From Hyphomicrobiales bacterium (GTDB lineage: Bacteria; Pseudomonadota; Alphaproteobacteria; Rhizobiales; CAJQND01): a DNA stretch of 44,836 bases. Within the stretch, counting starts at the first letter, position 1. The number at the start of each line of letters is the position of its first letter. A program made the position numbers and the translations under genes. Location of the stretch: NCBI GenBank assembly GCA_051010095.1, contig JBPCVX010000195.1, positions 1 to 44,836 on the forward strand. Direction: 5' to 3'. A model generated the notes under the pieces. That model was not told the DNA's origin and made no database searches. It saw only the letters and a program-made list of their open reading frames with translations. Below are positions 37,556 through 44,836 of the stretch, one piece after another.

Positions 37556-38866
37556 TTAGTGATCAGGCCCCAGGGCGTCATCTGTGCCTTCTTGCGCAAT
37601 ATCGGGCTGCAGATTGAGCTTCTCGACAAGCCCTTTCATGGTCAGGCCCTGGATTACGATCGAGAACACAACAACGGCATAAGTAGCTGCCAATATGGGC
37701 GCCTTAAACAATGTATCTGGCAGTGACAATGCCAGCGCCACCGATATGCCGCCGCGCAAACCACCCCATGTGAGCATGGTGATTGCGCCTTTGGTGAAGG
37801 TCTCACGCAGAGACAAAAGAGAAATTGGAATGGCCACCGCGATGAACCGCGATGCCAGAACAATAGGGATGGCGATAAGGGCGATCCAGGCATATTCAAA
37901 CGCACTGCCAATCACCAAAACCTCAAGCCCAATCAGCAAGAAGAGCACTGAGTTCAAAATCTCATCGGACAGTTCCCAGAACTGAAACACATGACGGCGG
38001 GTGTTCTCGCTCATGGCAAAGCGTGCACCATGATTTCCGATAAAGAGCCCTGCAACAACGACAGCAATTGGCCCTGACATATGCAGATGCAACGCAAAGG
38101 CATAGGTTCCGCATACCAGAGCGAGAGAAATCAAGACTTCCAGATTGTGCTCATCGATCCGGCGCATGCCCGCATATGCGATATAACCCGCAACAATACC
38201 CAAAATCGCCCCACCAACCGCTTCAAGCATGAAAAGCTTGAACACATCCAACGCGCCGACGGTCTCACCACCAGGAGCGCCCGCACTAATCGCGATGGTG
38301 AGAATGATGGAGAACACAACCACGCCGACACCATCATTGAACAGGCTTTCGCCTGCAATTTTGGCCTCAAGCAACTTCGGCACACGCACCGTTTTGAGAA
38401 TACCTAGAACCGCGACGGGATCTGTTGGACTGATGAGCGCACCAAAAACCAGCGCCCATATATAGGGCATGGGCACACCTGCCGTGTTGAACACCCACCA
38501 CATGACCGTACCGATTATGAAGGTGGAGGTGACAACACCCAATGTCGCCATTAAGCCGATGGCCCATTTGCGCGCCGCAAGTTCCTCAAAATCAACGTGA
38601 ACTGCACCCGCAAACAGCAGAACAGAGAGCATGCCATTCATCAACGTGTCATAAAAATCAATCGAGCCAAGTGCAGCCGTAACGGTCTCGCTGACGCTCG
38701 TTGCTGGGGCAATAAGCTCCAGCAGAATGATGGCACCAGATGCCGCGAGGGCGATTACGACCAGACCAATTGTATGTGGTAAACGCAGATAGCGGTGGTT
38801 GATATAGCCAAAGACTGCGGAAAGAAAAAGCAGACTTGCGATAATGTCAAAAATGGAGAGCTTCAT
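37556..38866 (-). CDS. Na+/H+ antiporter, CPA1 family (NhaP-like)
   Basis: FGALISPTDPVAV, GESLFNDG, WGGLRGG; many TM segments. Confidence 0.92.
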   Translation of the reverse strand: MKLSIFDIIASLLFLSAVFGYINHRYLRLPHTIGLVVIALAASGAIILLELIAPATSVSETVTAALGSIDFYDTLMNGMLSVLLFAGAVHVDFEELAARKWAIGLMATLGVVTSTFIIGTVMWWVFNTAGVPMPYIWALVFGALISPTDPVAVLGILKTVRVPKLLEAKIAGESLFNDGVGVVVFSIILTIAISAGAPGGETVGALDVFKLFMLEAVGGAILGIVAGYIAYAGMRRIDEHNLEVLISLALVCGTYAFALHLHMSGPIAVVVAGLFIGNHGARFAMSENTRRHVFQFWELSDEILNSVLFLLIGLEVLVIGSAFEYAWIALIAIPIVLASRFIAVAIPISLLSLRETFTKGAITMLTWGGLRGGISVALALSLPDTLFKAPILAATYAVVVFSIVIQGLTMKGLVEKLNLQPDIAQEGTDDALGPDH

Positions 38867-38912
38867 GGGTTTATGCGATAGCGCTTCGCCCGCTCGAAAT
38901 CAACAGCGCTTA

Positions 38913-39650
38913 TCAACCAAGTTCGGCAAGACCAGGAAATGCTTCAAGCATCCAATAGGCAATATTTGAAAAAGAGCCTGTGATAAACATGACGCCTGTT
39001 ACCACCAGCAAGCCACCCATTGTCTTTTCAACCACGCCCATGTGACGGCGAAAACGCTGCATGAAATTTAGAAACGGCTTCACCGCGAGACCAGCAGCAA
39101 TAAACGGAATTCCAAGTCCCAATGAGTAAACACTGAGCAATTGTACGCCCTCTCGCACTGTGTCCTTTGCTGCTGCAAACGCCAGAATTGATGCGAGCAC
39201 TGGGCCAATACAGGGTGTCCAACCAAAACCAAATGCCAGACCCATAAGATAAGCACCCAAAAACCCGACCGGATTAGAAGAACCTTGATAACGCATTTCC
39301 CGATACAGGAGGGGAATTCGAAATACCCCCAGAAAATGCAAACCCATTATGATTATGATGACACCTGCAACCCATCCCAAGACATCCAAGTGGCTGCGCA
39401 AAACCTGACCTACGGCCGAAGCTGCTGCGCCAAGTGAAATGAACACAGTGGAAAAACCAAGTACGAAGACGACGGATGCAAGTGCAACACGGCGCACTAT
39501 TGCACTATCAACGCCATCTGATGAGGAGAGCTCGTCAAGCGATGTACCTGCCAAATAACACAAATATGGCGGAACAAGCGGCAGAACACACGGCGACAGA
39601 AAACTTAACAAGCCTGCACCGAGAGCCGCAGCATAAGTTATGTCCGCCAT
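38913..39650 (-). CDS. ccdA: Cytochrome c biogenesis protein CcdA
   Basis: SFLSPCVLPLVP and GWTPCIGP redox Cys motifs; membrane protein. Confidence 0.92.
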   Translation of the reverse strand: MADITYAAALGAGLLSFLSPCVLPLVPPYLCYLAGTSLDELSSSDGVDSAIVRRVALASVVFVLGFSTVFISLGAAASAVGQVLRSHLDVLGWVAGVIIIIMGLHFLGVFRIPLLYREMRYQGSSNPVGFLGAYLMGLAFGFGWTPCIGPVLASILAFAAAKDTVREGVQLLSVYSLGLGIPFIAAGLAVKPFLNFMQRFRRHMGVVEKTMGGLLVVTGVMFITGSFSNIAYWMLEAFPGLAELG

Positions 39651-39881
39651 TCATAGACCTTCAAGTTACTAGAGCACACCGAGCCTGAGATAGACCGATT
39701 TTTGTATCACCCAACAGTCAAAATTACGTCATTCATGCTGGCTGGTATTTGCCAAGACTCATATAAGTACTAACATATTGTACTTTTTTATGAGAACTTT
39801 CACTAAATCGCCCATTTTGCCGTATCATTGTGAAAAGTCACACAAATATCATACGGGCGCTCGCTCTGAAGGAACCTGAAT

Positions 39882-40583
39882 ATGAAAAGACATGCGTCTT
39901 GGCTTGGCCTGGCACTTATAACTGCGGCTCTTGCATTTCCCCTGACAATTACCGCGCAGGCAGACTGCGATGAGGGTCCGTCTCAAGGTATTGATTGGTC
40001 GGGATGCAATAAGTCAAACAAGATATTGAGCGGGAGCAACTTACAAAACGCCAAGTTCACTAATGCAAATCTTACAGCGACAGATCTGAGAGATACCGAC
40101 CTTAGTGGCGCCGATCTTCAAAGGGCAACAGCAGTGCGCGCGAGCTTTTCGAAATCAAAGCTTGTGAAAGCAAATTTGAGCCGGCTCAATGCAGCGCGCG
40201 CACGATTTCGCAATGCAGATCTTAGCGGTGCGATCTTAGAAAAGGCTGAGGCCGGTCGCGCCGATTTGTCCGACGCCATTCTCGTGGATGCTGATCTCTC
40301 AAAATCTGACTTACCGCGTGCAATTTTTGCTGGTGCCGATATGACGAACGCTATGCTGATTTATTCGAATGTCGCGCGCTCAGACTTCCGCGGTGCGAAA
40401 CTAGCTGGCGCAGATTTTACCGGCGCATTTACATTGCGTGCACGTTTTGAAGGGGTCGATCTAAGCGGAACCAAGGGTCTTATTCAACTACAAATAAACT
40501 CTGCATGCGGAAGTGATGATACAAAACTCCCGGCAGGTCTTGAGAAGCCTAAAACCTGGCCATGCTCAGGTTCAGACGAATAA
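39882..40583 (+). CDS. Exported pentapeptide-repeat protein
   Basis: AAGGA SD; signal peptide (...AQA|DC); A(D/N)LxxA repeats; two Cys before and two after the repeats. Confidence 0.9.
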   Translation: MKRHASWLGLALITAALAFPLTITAQADCDEGPSQGIDWSGCNKSNKILSGSNLQNAKFTNANLTATDLRDTDLSGADLQRATAVRASFSKSKLVKANLSRLNAARARFRNADLSGAILEKAEAGRADLSDAILVDADLSKSDLPRAIFAGADMTNAMLIYSNVARSDFRGAKLAGADFTGAFTLRARFEGVDLSGTKGLIQLQINSACGSDDTKLPAGLEKPKTWPCSGSDE

Positions 40584-40589
40584 AACTAC

Positions 40590-41558
40590 GTGGTCACACC
40601 ACGCCACATTGATGTTCTTGTCTACGACAACGTGAACTTGCTTGATGTGGCAGGTCCATCACAAGCATTCTTTTCAGCTTTAATAGAGGGTGAGAATGCC
40701 TATCAATGCCAATTTTGCTCAATCGACGGTACAAGCATTCGCACCTCAAGTGGGATGGAAATTTTACCTGCGCGAAAACTTGAACTTTGCGCGCATCGCG
40801 ACCTTCTTGTTCCCGGTGGCCGAGGCTCCCACCAGGCCAGGGAGACCGAACCCATACTTTCAGCGCTCAAAGAGTTTATCTCCAGGCCTGATCGCGGTCG
40901 TTTGATATCTGTATGTTCAGGAGCATTGGTTCTCGCAGCAGCAGGTGTTCTCGATGGTCGCGAGGCCACTACCCATTGGACACATGCAAGCGACGTTGAG
41001 GCATTGCATCCAAACGTGCGCTGGCGTGTCGATCAGTTGTTTGTGAAATCGCAAGACATCTACACATCAGCTGGTGTTTCGGCAGGCATCGATTTAGCCT
41101 TGTCGATAATCGAGGAAGACCATGGACCTGCCGTGTCGCTTGCAACCGCGCGAGAACTTGTTGTGTTTCTGCGTCGAGGCGGTGGCCAAAATCAATTCTC
41201 AGAAATTTTGCAAGCGCAAGAAAAGCTAGAGCCCGCTTTGGCACTTCTCGTCAGCAAGGTCTGCGCAAATCCCACAGGAGATTGGAGCATTGAAAGAATG
41301 GCGGCTGAGGTCAATATGAGCCCACGTTCTTTGCATCGCCGATTTGCGTCTGAACTCGGCAATTCACCTGCCCGTTTTGTTGAATTGGTGCGATTAGACT
41401 ACGCGCGCACGCTGTTAAGCGCGAACACACCATTAAAGCAAGTTGCCCGAACAAGCGGATTTGGAGATGTGCAAACCATGCGCCGCAGCTTCCAACGCAA
41501 GTTTGGGGTTAACGTCAGTGATTATGCGGCGCGGTTTTCGTCTCCCCACCCAGAGTGA
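40590..41558 (+). CDS. GlxA-family AraC regulator (DJ-1/PfpI plus HTH)
   Basis: LLDVAGP, SVCSGALVLA, TTHW, TSAGVSAGID, RRGGGQNQFS, MSPRSLHRRF. Confidence 0.92.
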   Translation: MVTPRHIDVLVYDNVNLLDVAGPSQAFFSALIEGENAYQCQFCSIDGTSIRTSSGMEILPARKLELCAHRDLLVPGGRGSHQARETEPILSALKEFISRPDRGRLISVCSGALVLAAAGVLDGREATTHWTHASDVEALHPNVRWRVDQLFVKSQDIYTSAGVSAGIDLALSIIEEDHGPAVSLATARELVVFLRRGGGQNQFSEILQAQEKLEPALALLVSKVCANPTGDWSIERMAAEVNMSPRSLHRRFASELGNSPARFVELVRLDYARTLLSANTPLKQVARTSGFGDVQTMRRSFQRKFGVNVSDYAARFSSPHPE

Positions 41559-42705
41559 CGAGTGCAACCGCGGCGAGCGCCAGGAACGGAAAGCTTATCC
41601 ACGCGAGCGCAACCCAGCCGTGACTTGCCATGAGGGCTCCTGAACCGAATGTGGCAAACACCGAAACAAGCGCAACGATCGTCTCGTTTACACCTTGAGC
41701 AAGCGGCTTTTCTTCTGGCGCCAGGCTGGTGCTTAAGATGTGAGTTGCTCCGATGAAACCAAAATTCCACCCCAAACCCAGTAAGATCATAAATCCATAG
41801 AAATGCACGAGGCTAAGTCCCGCTAATGCAACTACAGCTGAAAGAGCAAGAAGCGTAAGGCCTGCCAAAATTACATTTGTGACGCCAAAGCGGGTGATGA
41901 ACCATCCTGTGAAAAAGCTAGGTGCAAACATTGCCACAACGTGCCATCGCACCACATCACCTGCATGTACCTCTGTGAAGCCGTTTTCGGTCATGGCAAG
42001 CGGGGTCGGAACCATGAGAAACATCATCATGCCAAACGAAACGGCTGCGCATAAGATCGATGCAATGACGGGCTTACGCGTAATCACTTGCTTTAGCGGT
42101 AAGGAAGGCGGGTCGTCTTCTGCGCCTATCTTCAGAGCAGGCAAGAGCATAACCGGAACAGCGCCGAGCAGACACACAACGGCAATGGCTACATAGGCAC
42201 CAGCAAACGAAACAGGCGCAAGCATGTCTTTCGTCCATATAAACAGTTCAGGTCCCAATATGGCAGCTACCAAACCAGAACCCAGTACCCACGAAATCGC
42301 AGTGGGCTGAAAACTCTGCTCCACAACTTCTGCTGCTGCGAATCGAAAGAACCCGAAGGAGATGGCGGCCGTTCCGAGCAAACCATGCGCGAAACAAAGC
42401 GCCCAGAAGCTTTCCTGCACCATGGCCAGAGCACCAAGACCGCCACCGAGGATCGCTAAGCCTGCACCAAGCAGAAAACCTTGTTTTCGACCGCGCCGAC
42501 CCATGAAAAGCGATAATGGCGTGGCGAGCAACATCCCAAAGAGAATCTGAACAGATGCGGGCGCTGTGTTGAAAGTTGGATTTGGCGCCAGCGCCGCGCC
42601 GGCAAGACTCCCTAGCAAAATAAGCATCGGCATTGGCATGCCGAGCGCAATATTAGCGAGCAAAATGAGTGTAAATTGTTTACGCGAGTGTGAGGCAGTC
42701 GCCAT
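41515..42705 (-). CDS. MFS transporter
   Basis: About 12 hydrophobic segments; GRRGRK loop, FRFAAAE, HVVAMFAPS, GLGWNFGF. Confidence 0.88.
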   Translation of the reverse strand: MATASHSRKQFTLILLANIALGMPMPMLILLGSLAGAALAPNPTFNTAPASVQILFGMLLATPLSLFMGRRGRKQGFLLGAGLAILGGGLGALAMVQESFWALCFAHGLLGTAAISFGFFRFAAAEVVEQSFQPTAISWVLGSGLVAAILGPELFIWTKDMLAPVSFAGAYVAIAVVCLLGAVPVMLLPALKIGAEDDPPSLPLKQVITRKPVIASILCAAVSFGMMMFLMVPTPLAMTENGFTEVHAGDVVRWHVVAMFAPSFFTGWFITRFGVTNVILAGLTLLALSAVVALAGLSLVHFYGFMILLGLGWNFGFIGATHILSTSLAPEEKPLAQGVNETIVALVSVFATFGSGALMASHGWVALAWISFPFLALAAVALVTLGGETKTAPHNH

Positions 42706-42804
42706 GGCTTTCTCCGATGACTAAGTCAAAAGAGAAAGACCTATCAGAGGACGTAATTGGCGAAAATGACAATCAAGCGTCAAATTATGCCAGAACAGGT
42801 TTGC

Positions 42805-43485
42805 TTAGAACAAGTTACCGAAGTGCCAATTCACGCCAAGGCGGATATTATGGGTTTGCACCTTATCACGAATAGAAGTCGCGCCGAGGTTGAATGTCTT
42901 TTTGCCATAGTCGCCATAAAGGTACTCAAGGCGCGCCGAGAGATTTTCGCTGATCCGCGCTTCATAGCCACCACCAACGACGAACCCCGTGAAGAACTCT
43001 TTATCACGGCCAGCCGAAGAACGCGCCCAGATATCAGCAAGCCCTAAACCGCCCGTCACATAAAGGAGGCCTGGGCCAACATTCGCACCACCACGCAGGC
43101 GCAATGTGTGTTGCCCATGATGGGTAATCTTCACATCACCAATTCCAGGGCGGTTTTCAGTATCTTTGATGCTGCCAAAACCTGTGTCAGCTTCAATACC
43201 GAGCACGTAACCGTTCAGGTCGAAATTGTAACCCAGCATAACGCCGCCCAGAAAACCACCGGCTTTTTGGCTCCAGCTTTGTGAGGGCCCACTCGTGACA
43301 GTGCTTTTGGATTTGAGCGCACCATATCCAGCATGCAAGCCTATATATGCGCCTTCCCAGTTCGTCTCATAAGTGTTTCTGAGATCTGGTTCTAAATCTG
43401 CACCCAGAGCTATCGATATGGGTGAAGACAGCAATAATGCCGTAAATCCAGCAATCACCGTGCTATTACGCAAATATCTTGACAT
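42805..43485 (-). CDS. Outer-membrane beta-barrel protein (Omp25/RopB-like)
   Basis: Signal peptide ...ALGA|D, WEGAYIG, LGYNF, GIEAD, RLRGG, RLEYLY, GVNWHF near the C-terminus. Confidence 0.87.
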   Translation of the reverse strand: MSRYLRNSTVIAGFTALLLSSPISIALGADLEPDLRNTYETNWEGAYIGLHAGYGALKSKSTVTSGPSQSWSQKAGGFLGGVMLGYNFDLNGYVLGIEADTGFGSIKDTENRPGIGDVKITHHGQHTLRLRGGANVGPGLLYVTGGLGLADIWARSSAGRDKEFFTGFVVGGGYEARISENLSARLEYLYGDYGKKTFNLGATSIRDKVQTHNIRLGVNWHFGNLF

Positions 43486-43575
43486 GGTGCCCCTTTCGCC
43501 CCGTCTGCTCAAGTCATGCGACTTGAAGCATATAGAGCGTGTTTGTCAAGGTAATAAGCGGATTTTGCTATGTGA

Positions 43576-43608
43576 TTTGGTTAATATTTGAATAATTTTT
43601 TAACCAAA
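43576..43608. promoter_or_regulatory. Inverted repeat / CtrA-like site upstream of the omp gene
   Basis: TTTGGTTAA-N15-TTAACCAAA; the minus strand contains TTAT-N7-TTAAC. Confidence 0.45.
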
Positions 43609-43622
43609 ATGAGATGCATGTA

Positions 43623-44441
43623 TCAAAAACTCATTTTTTCTGTATTTTCTTCCGCGCGACGCACGACAGCCTCGAAGCGATCTTCATAAGTTTGCATTTT
43701 TTTGGCGGGCTCTTGGAAATAGGCCGTAAACTTCAATGCTTGCACAAAGGCTTTATTAAGTACGCGCCCCAAAAAGTGCATTGGCCGATCAAAGTCTAGA
43801 ATCAGAACAACCCGTTCTTCATCGGTATCGTTCCAAACTTCGTGCTCATAAGTATCATCGAAAACAAAAAGCTCGCCTTCTTTCCAAACAACAATTTCGT
43901 CTTGGACGCGAAGCCTGCATTGTTCAGCTTGCTTTGGAATAATCAGACCTAGATGGGCGCGCAAAATCCCAGTCGTTACACCACGGTGCGCAGGGATGTG
44001 GTGGTTCGGTCCCAATATTGAAAACCACGCGGTTTGTATATTTGGAACACGCTCAAGCAAACTTGCGGTGACGGGAGCTTGTGAACAATTTTTCTCAAGT
44101 TTGTCGCCAAATCCGAACAAAATAAACGTGCGCCATTTGTCACCCAGTGAAATGCGTTCTTGTTCTTTCGAGATTTCGTGAAAGAGCGGAATGGCTTCAC
44201 GGTGCTCTAGAATTCCATCAACTTCTTTGCGTATTGCCTCCCAATTCTCTGAAAACACTTTGAGATGCGCAAATTGCTCGACAGACATTACCGGTGCATC
44301 TGAAAAATTCGACTGACTGCGCAGAAAGCCCGATAGAGCGCGAATTGTGTGCTTTCCAGCCCAGCGTGTGCGGAAACGTCGCTTCATCTGGGTGTATTGC
44401 CACCAGGTCTTATTCGGTTTCACGCTAATTGTATCTGTCAT
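43623..44441 (-). CDS. Aspartyl/asparaginyl beta-hydroxylase-domain protein (AspH/LpxO-like Fe(II)/2OG dioxygenase)
   Basis: FSILGPNHHIPAHRG, LRAHLGL, WKEGE, FDDTYEHEVWN, RVVLILD. Confidence 0.87.
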   Translation of the reverse strand: MTDTISVKPNKTWWQYTQMKRRFRTRWAGKHTIRALSGFLRSQSNFSDAPVMSVEQFAHLKVFSENWEAIRKEVDGILEHREAIPLFHEISKEQERISLGDKWRTFILFGFGDKLEKNCSQAPVTASLLERVPNIQTAWFSILGPNHHIPAHRGVTTGILRAHLGLIIPKQAEQCRLRVQDEIVVWKEGELFVFDDTYEHEVWNDTDEERVVLILDFDRPMHFLGRVLNKAFVQALKFTAYFQEPAKKMQTYEDRFEAVVRRAEENTEKMSF

Positions 44442-44755
44442 AGTTCCCTCGCCCGAAACATTGGCACGGCTTAGAGTCGAGCATAAACCTAAGTCAAATC
44501 TTATTAAAAGATGGTAACACGTCGCAATAATTGTATTAAATCCTCAAATTATTTTTTCAAGCTTTAATAAGCCCTGCGACATTGTAGTCTATGTTTTAAC
44601 TGTGTTTACCAAAGGAAAAAACTGCAGTGCCTGATGTCAAAATTCGAATTCTTCAAATCCAAAGTGATTTACGTTCGTTATGAGTTCGAAAGCCACTTGC
44701 ACTGTGGGACATTCTCCCCTTAGCTGTTCATTTGATAGATCGAGGGCTTACCTAC

Positions 44756-44836
44756 ATGCGCTTTTTCCTCTCCCTTTTCACCTTATGCATAGGCTTTGCG
44801 CTAACTGGAATCAGCCACGCGGATACTGGTGATGAT
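44756..44836 (+). CDS. 5' end of a secreted protein (runs off the right edge)
   Basis: GAGGG at 44742-44746, ATG 44756: MRFFLSLFTLCIGFALTGISHA|DTGDD, a typical Sec signal peptide. Too short for the ORF track. Confidence 0.7.
   Translation, partial: MRFFLSLFTLCIGFALTGISHADTGDD

Noticed and set aside
40020-40470. Periodic sequence as a DNA repeat element or Qnr-type resistance gene
   Set aside because: The periodicity is protein-level pentapeptide repeats, and the signal peptide argues against a cytoplasmic gyrase protector.
44752-44778. Strong SD followed by ATG-TAG minimal ORF on the minus strand, or a CU-rich sRNA seed
   Set aside because: Explained as Phe/Leu/Ser codons of the signal peptide starting at 44756 on the + strand.
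22804-44836. Genomic island integrated at tRNA-Val
   Set aside because: No integrase or transposase, I saw no repeat of the tRNA 3' end, and there is no obvious compositional shift by eye. The region is accessory-like but not demonstrably mobile.

Overview
A 44.8-kb chromosomal window from an alphaproteobacterium, probably Hyphomicrobiales/Rhizobiales-like (inferred from cpdR-tRNA-Val, an MmgR/suhB-type sRNA, an Omp25-type porin and CtrA-like boxes). No integrase, transposase, prophage gene or CRISPR array is visible. Left part: a DUF3604-like 3' end, a secreted arylsulfatase and an octaheme/HEAT/TPR cytochrome; then galE, a lytic transglycosylase with a DUF459/SGNH-like partner, gltBD, an S9 peptidase, ltaE, ibpA (RpoH promoter and ROSE-like thermometer), a PldB-like hydrolase, hisN, an MmgR-like sRNA, N-formylglutamate amidohydrolase, cpdR and tRNA-Val(GAC). 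Right of the tRNA lies the most interesting block (23.5-34.3 kb), a divergent gamma-glutamyl-amine / N-methylglutamate-like gene cluster. It contains a single-chain FAD oxidoreductase, a GS-like ligase lacking the ammonia-specificity residues, a split glutamate-synthase-like triad (mgsABC/glxBCD-like), a Nit-family amidase, two hypothetical proteins, an Amt channel with altered pore residues plus a small membrane protein in place of glnK, and a divergent FadR/GntR regulator. TTGG direct repeats at an 11-bp period recur in both of its promoter regions. Beyond it come a haloacid dehalogenase, a Co-type nitrile hydratase operon, a degenerate Cys-containing metallophosphoesterase, an NhaP-type antiporter, ccdA, a pentapeptide-repeat protein, a GlxA-type AraC regulator, an MFS transporter, an outer-membrane beta-barrel, an AspH/LpxO-like dioxygenase and the 5' end of a secreted protein. 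All family calls come from reading motifs by eye; no searches were run.
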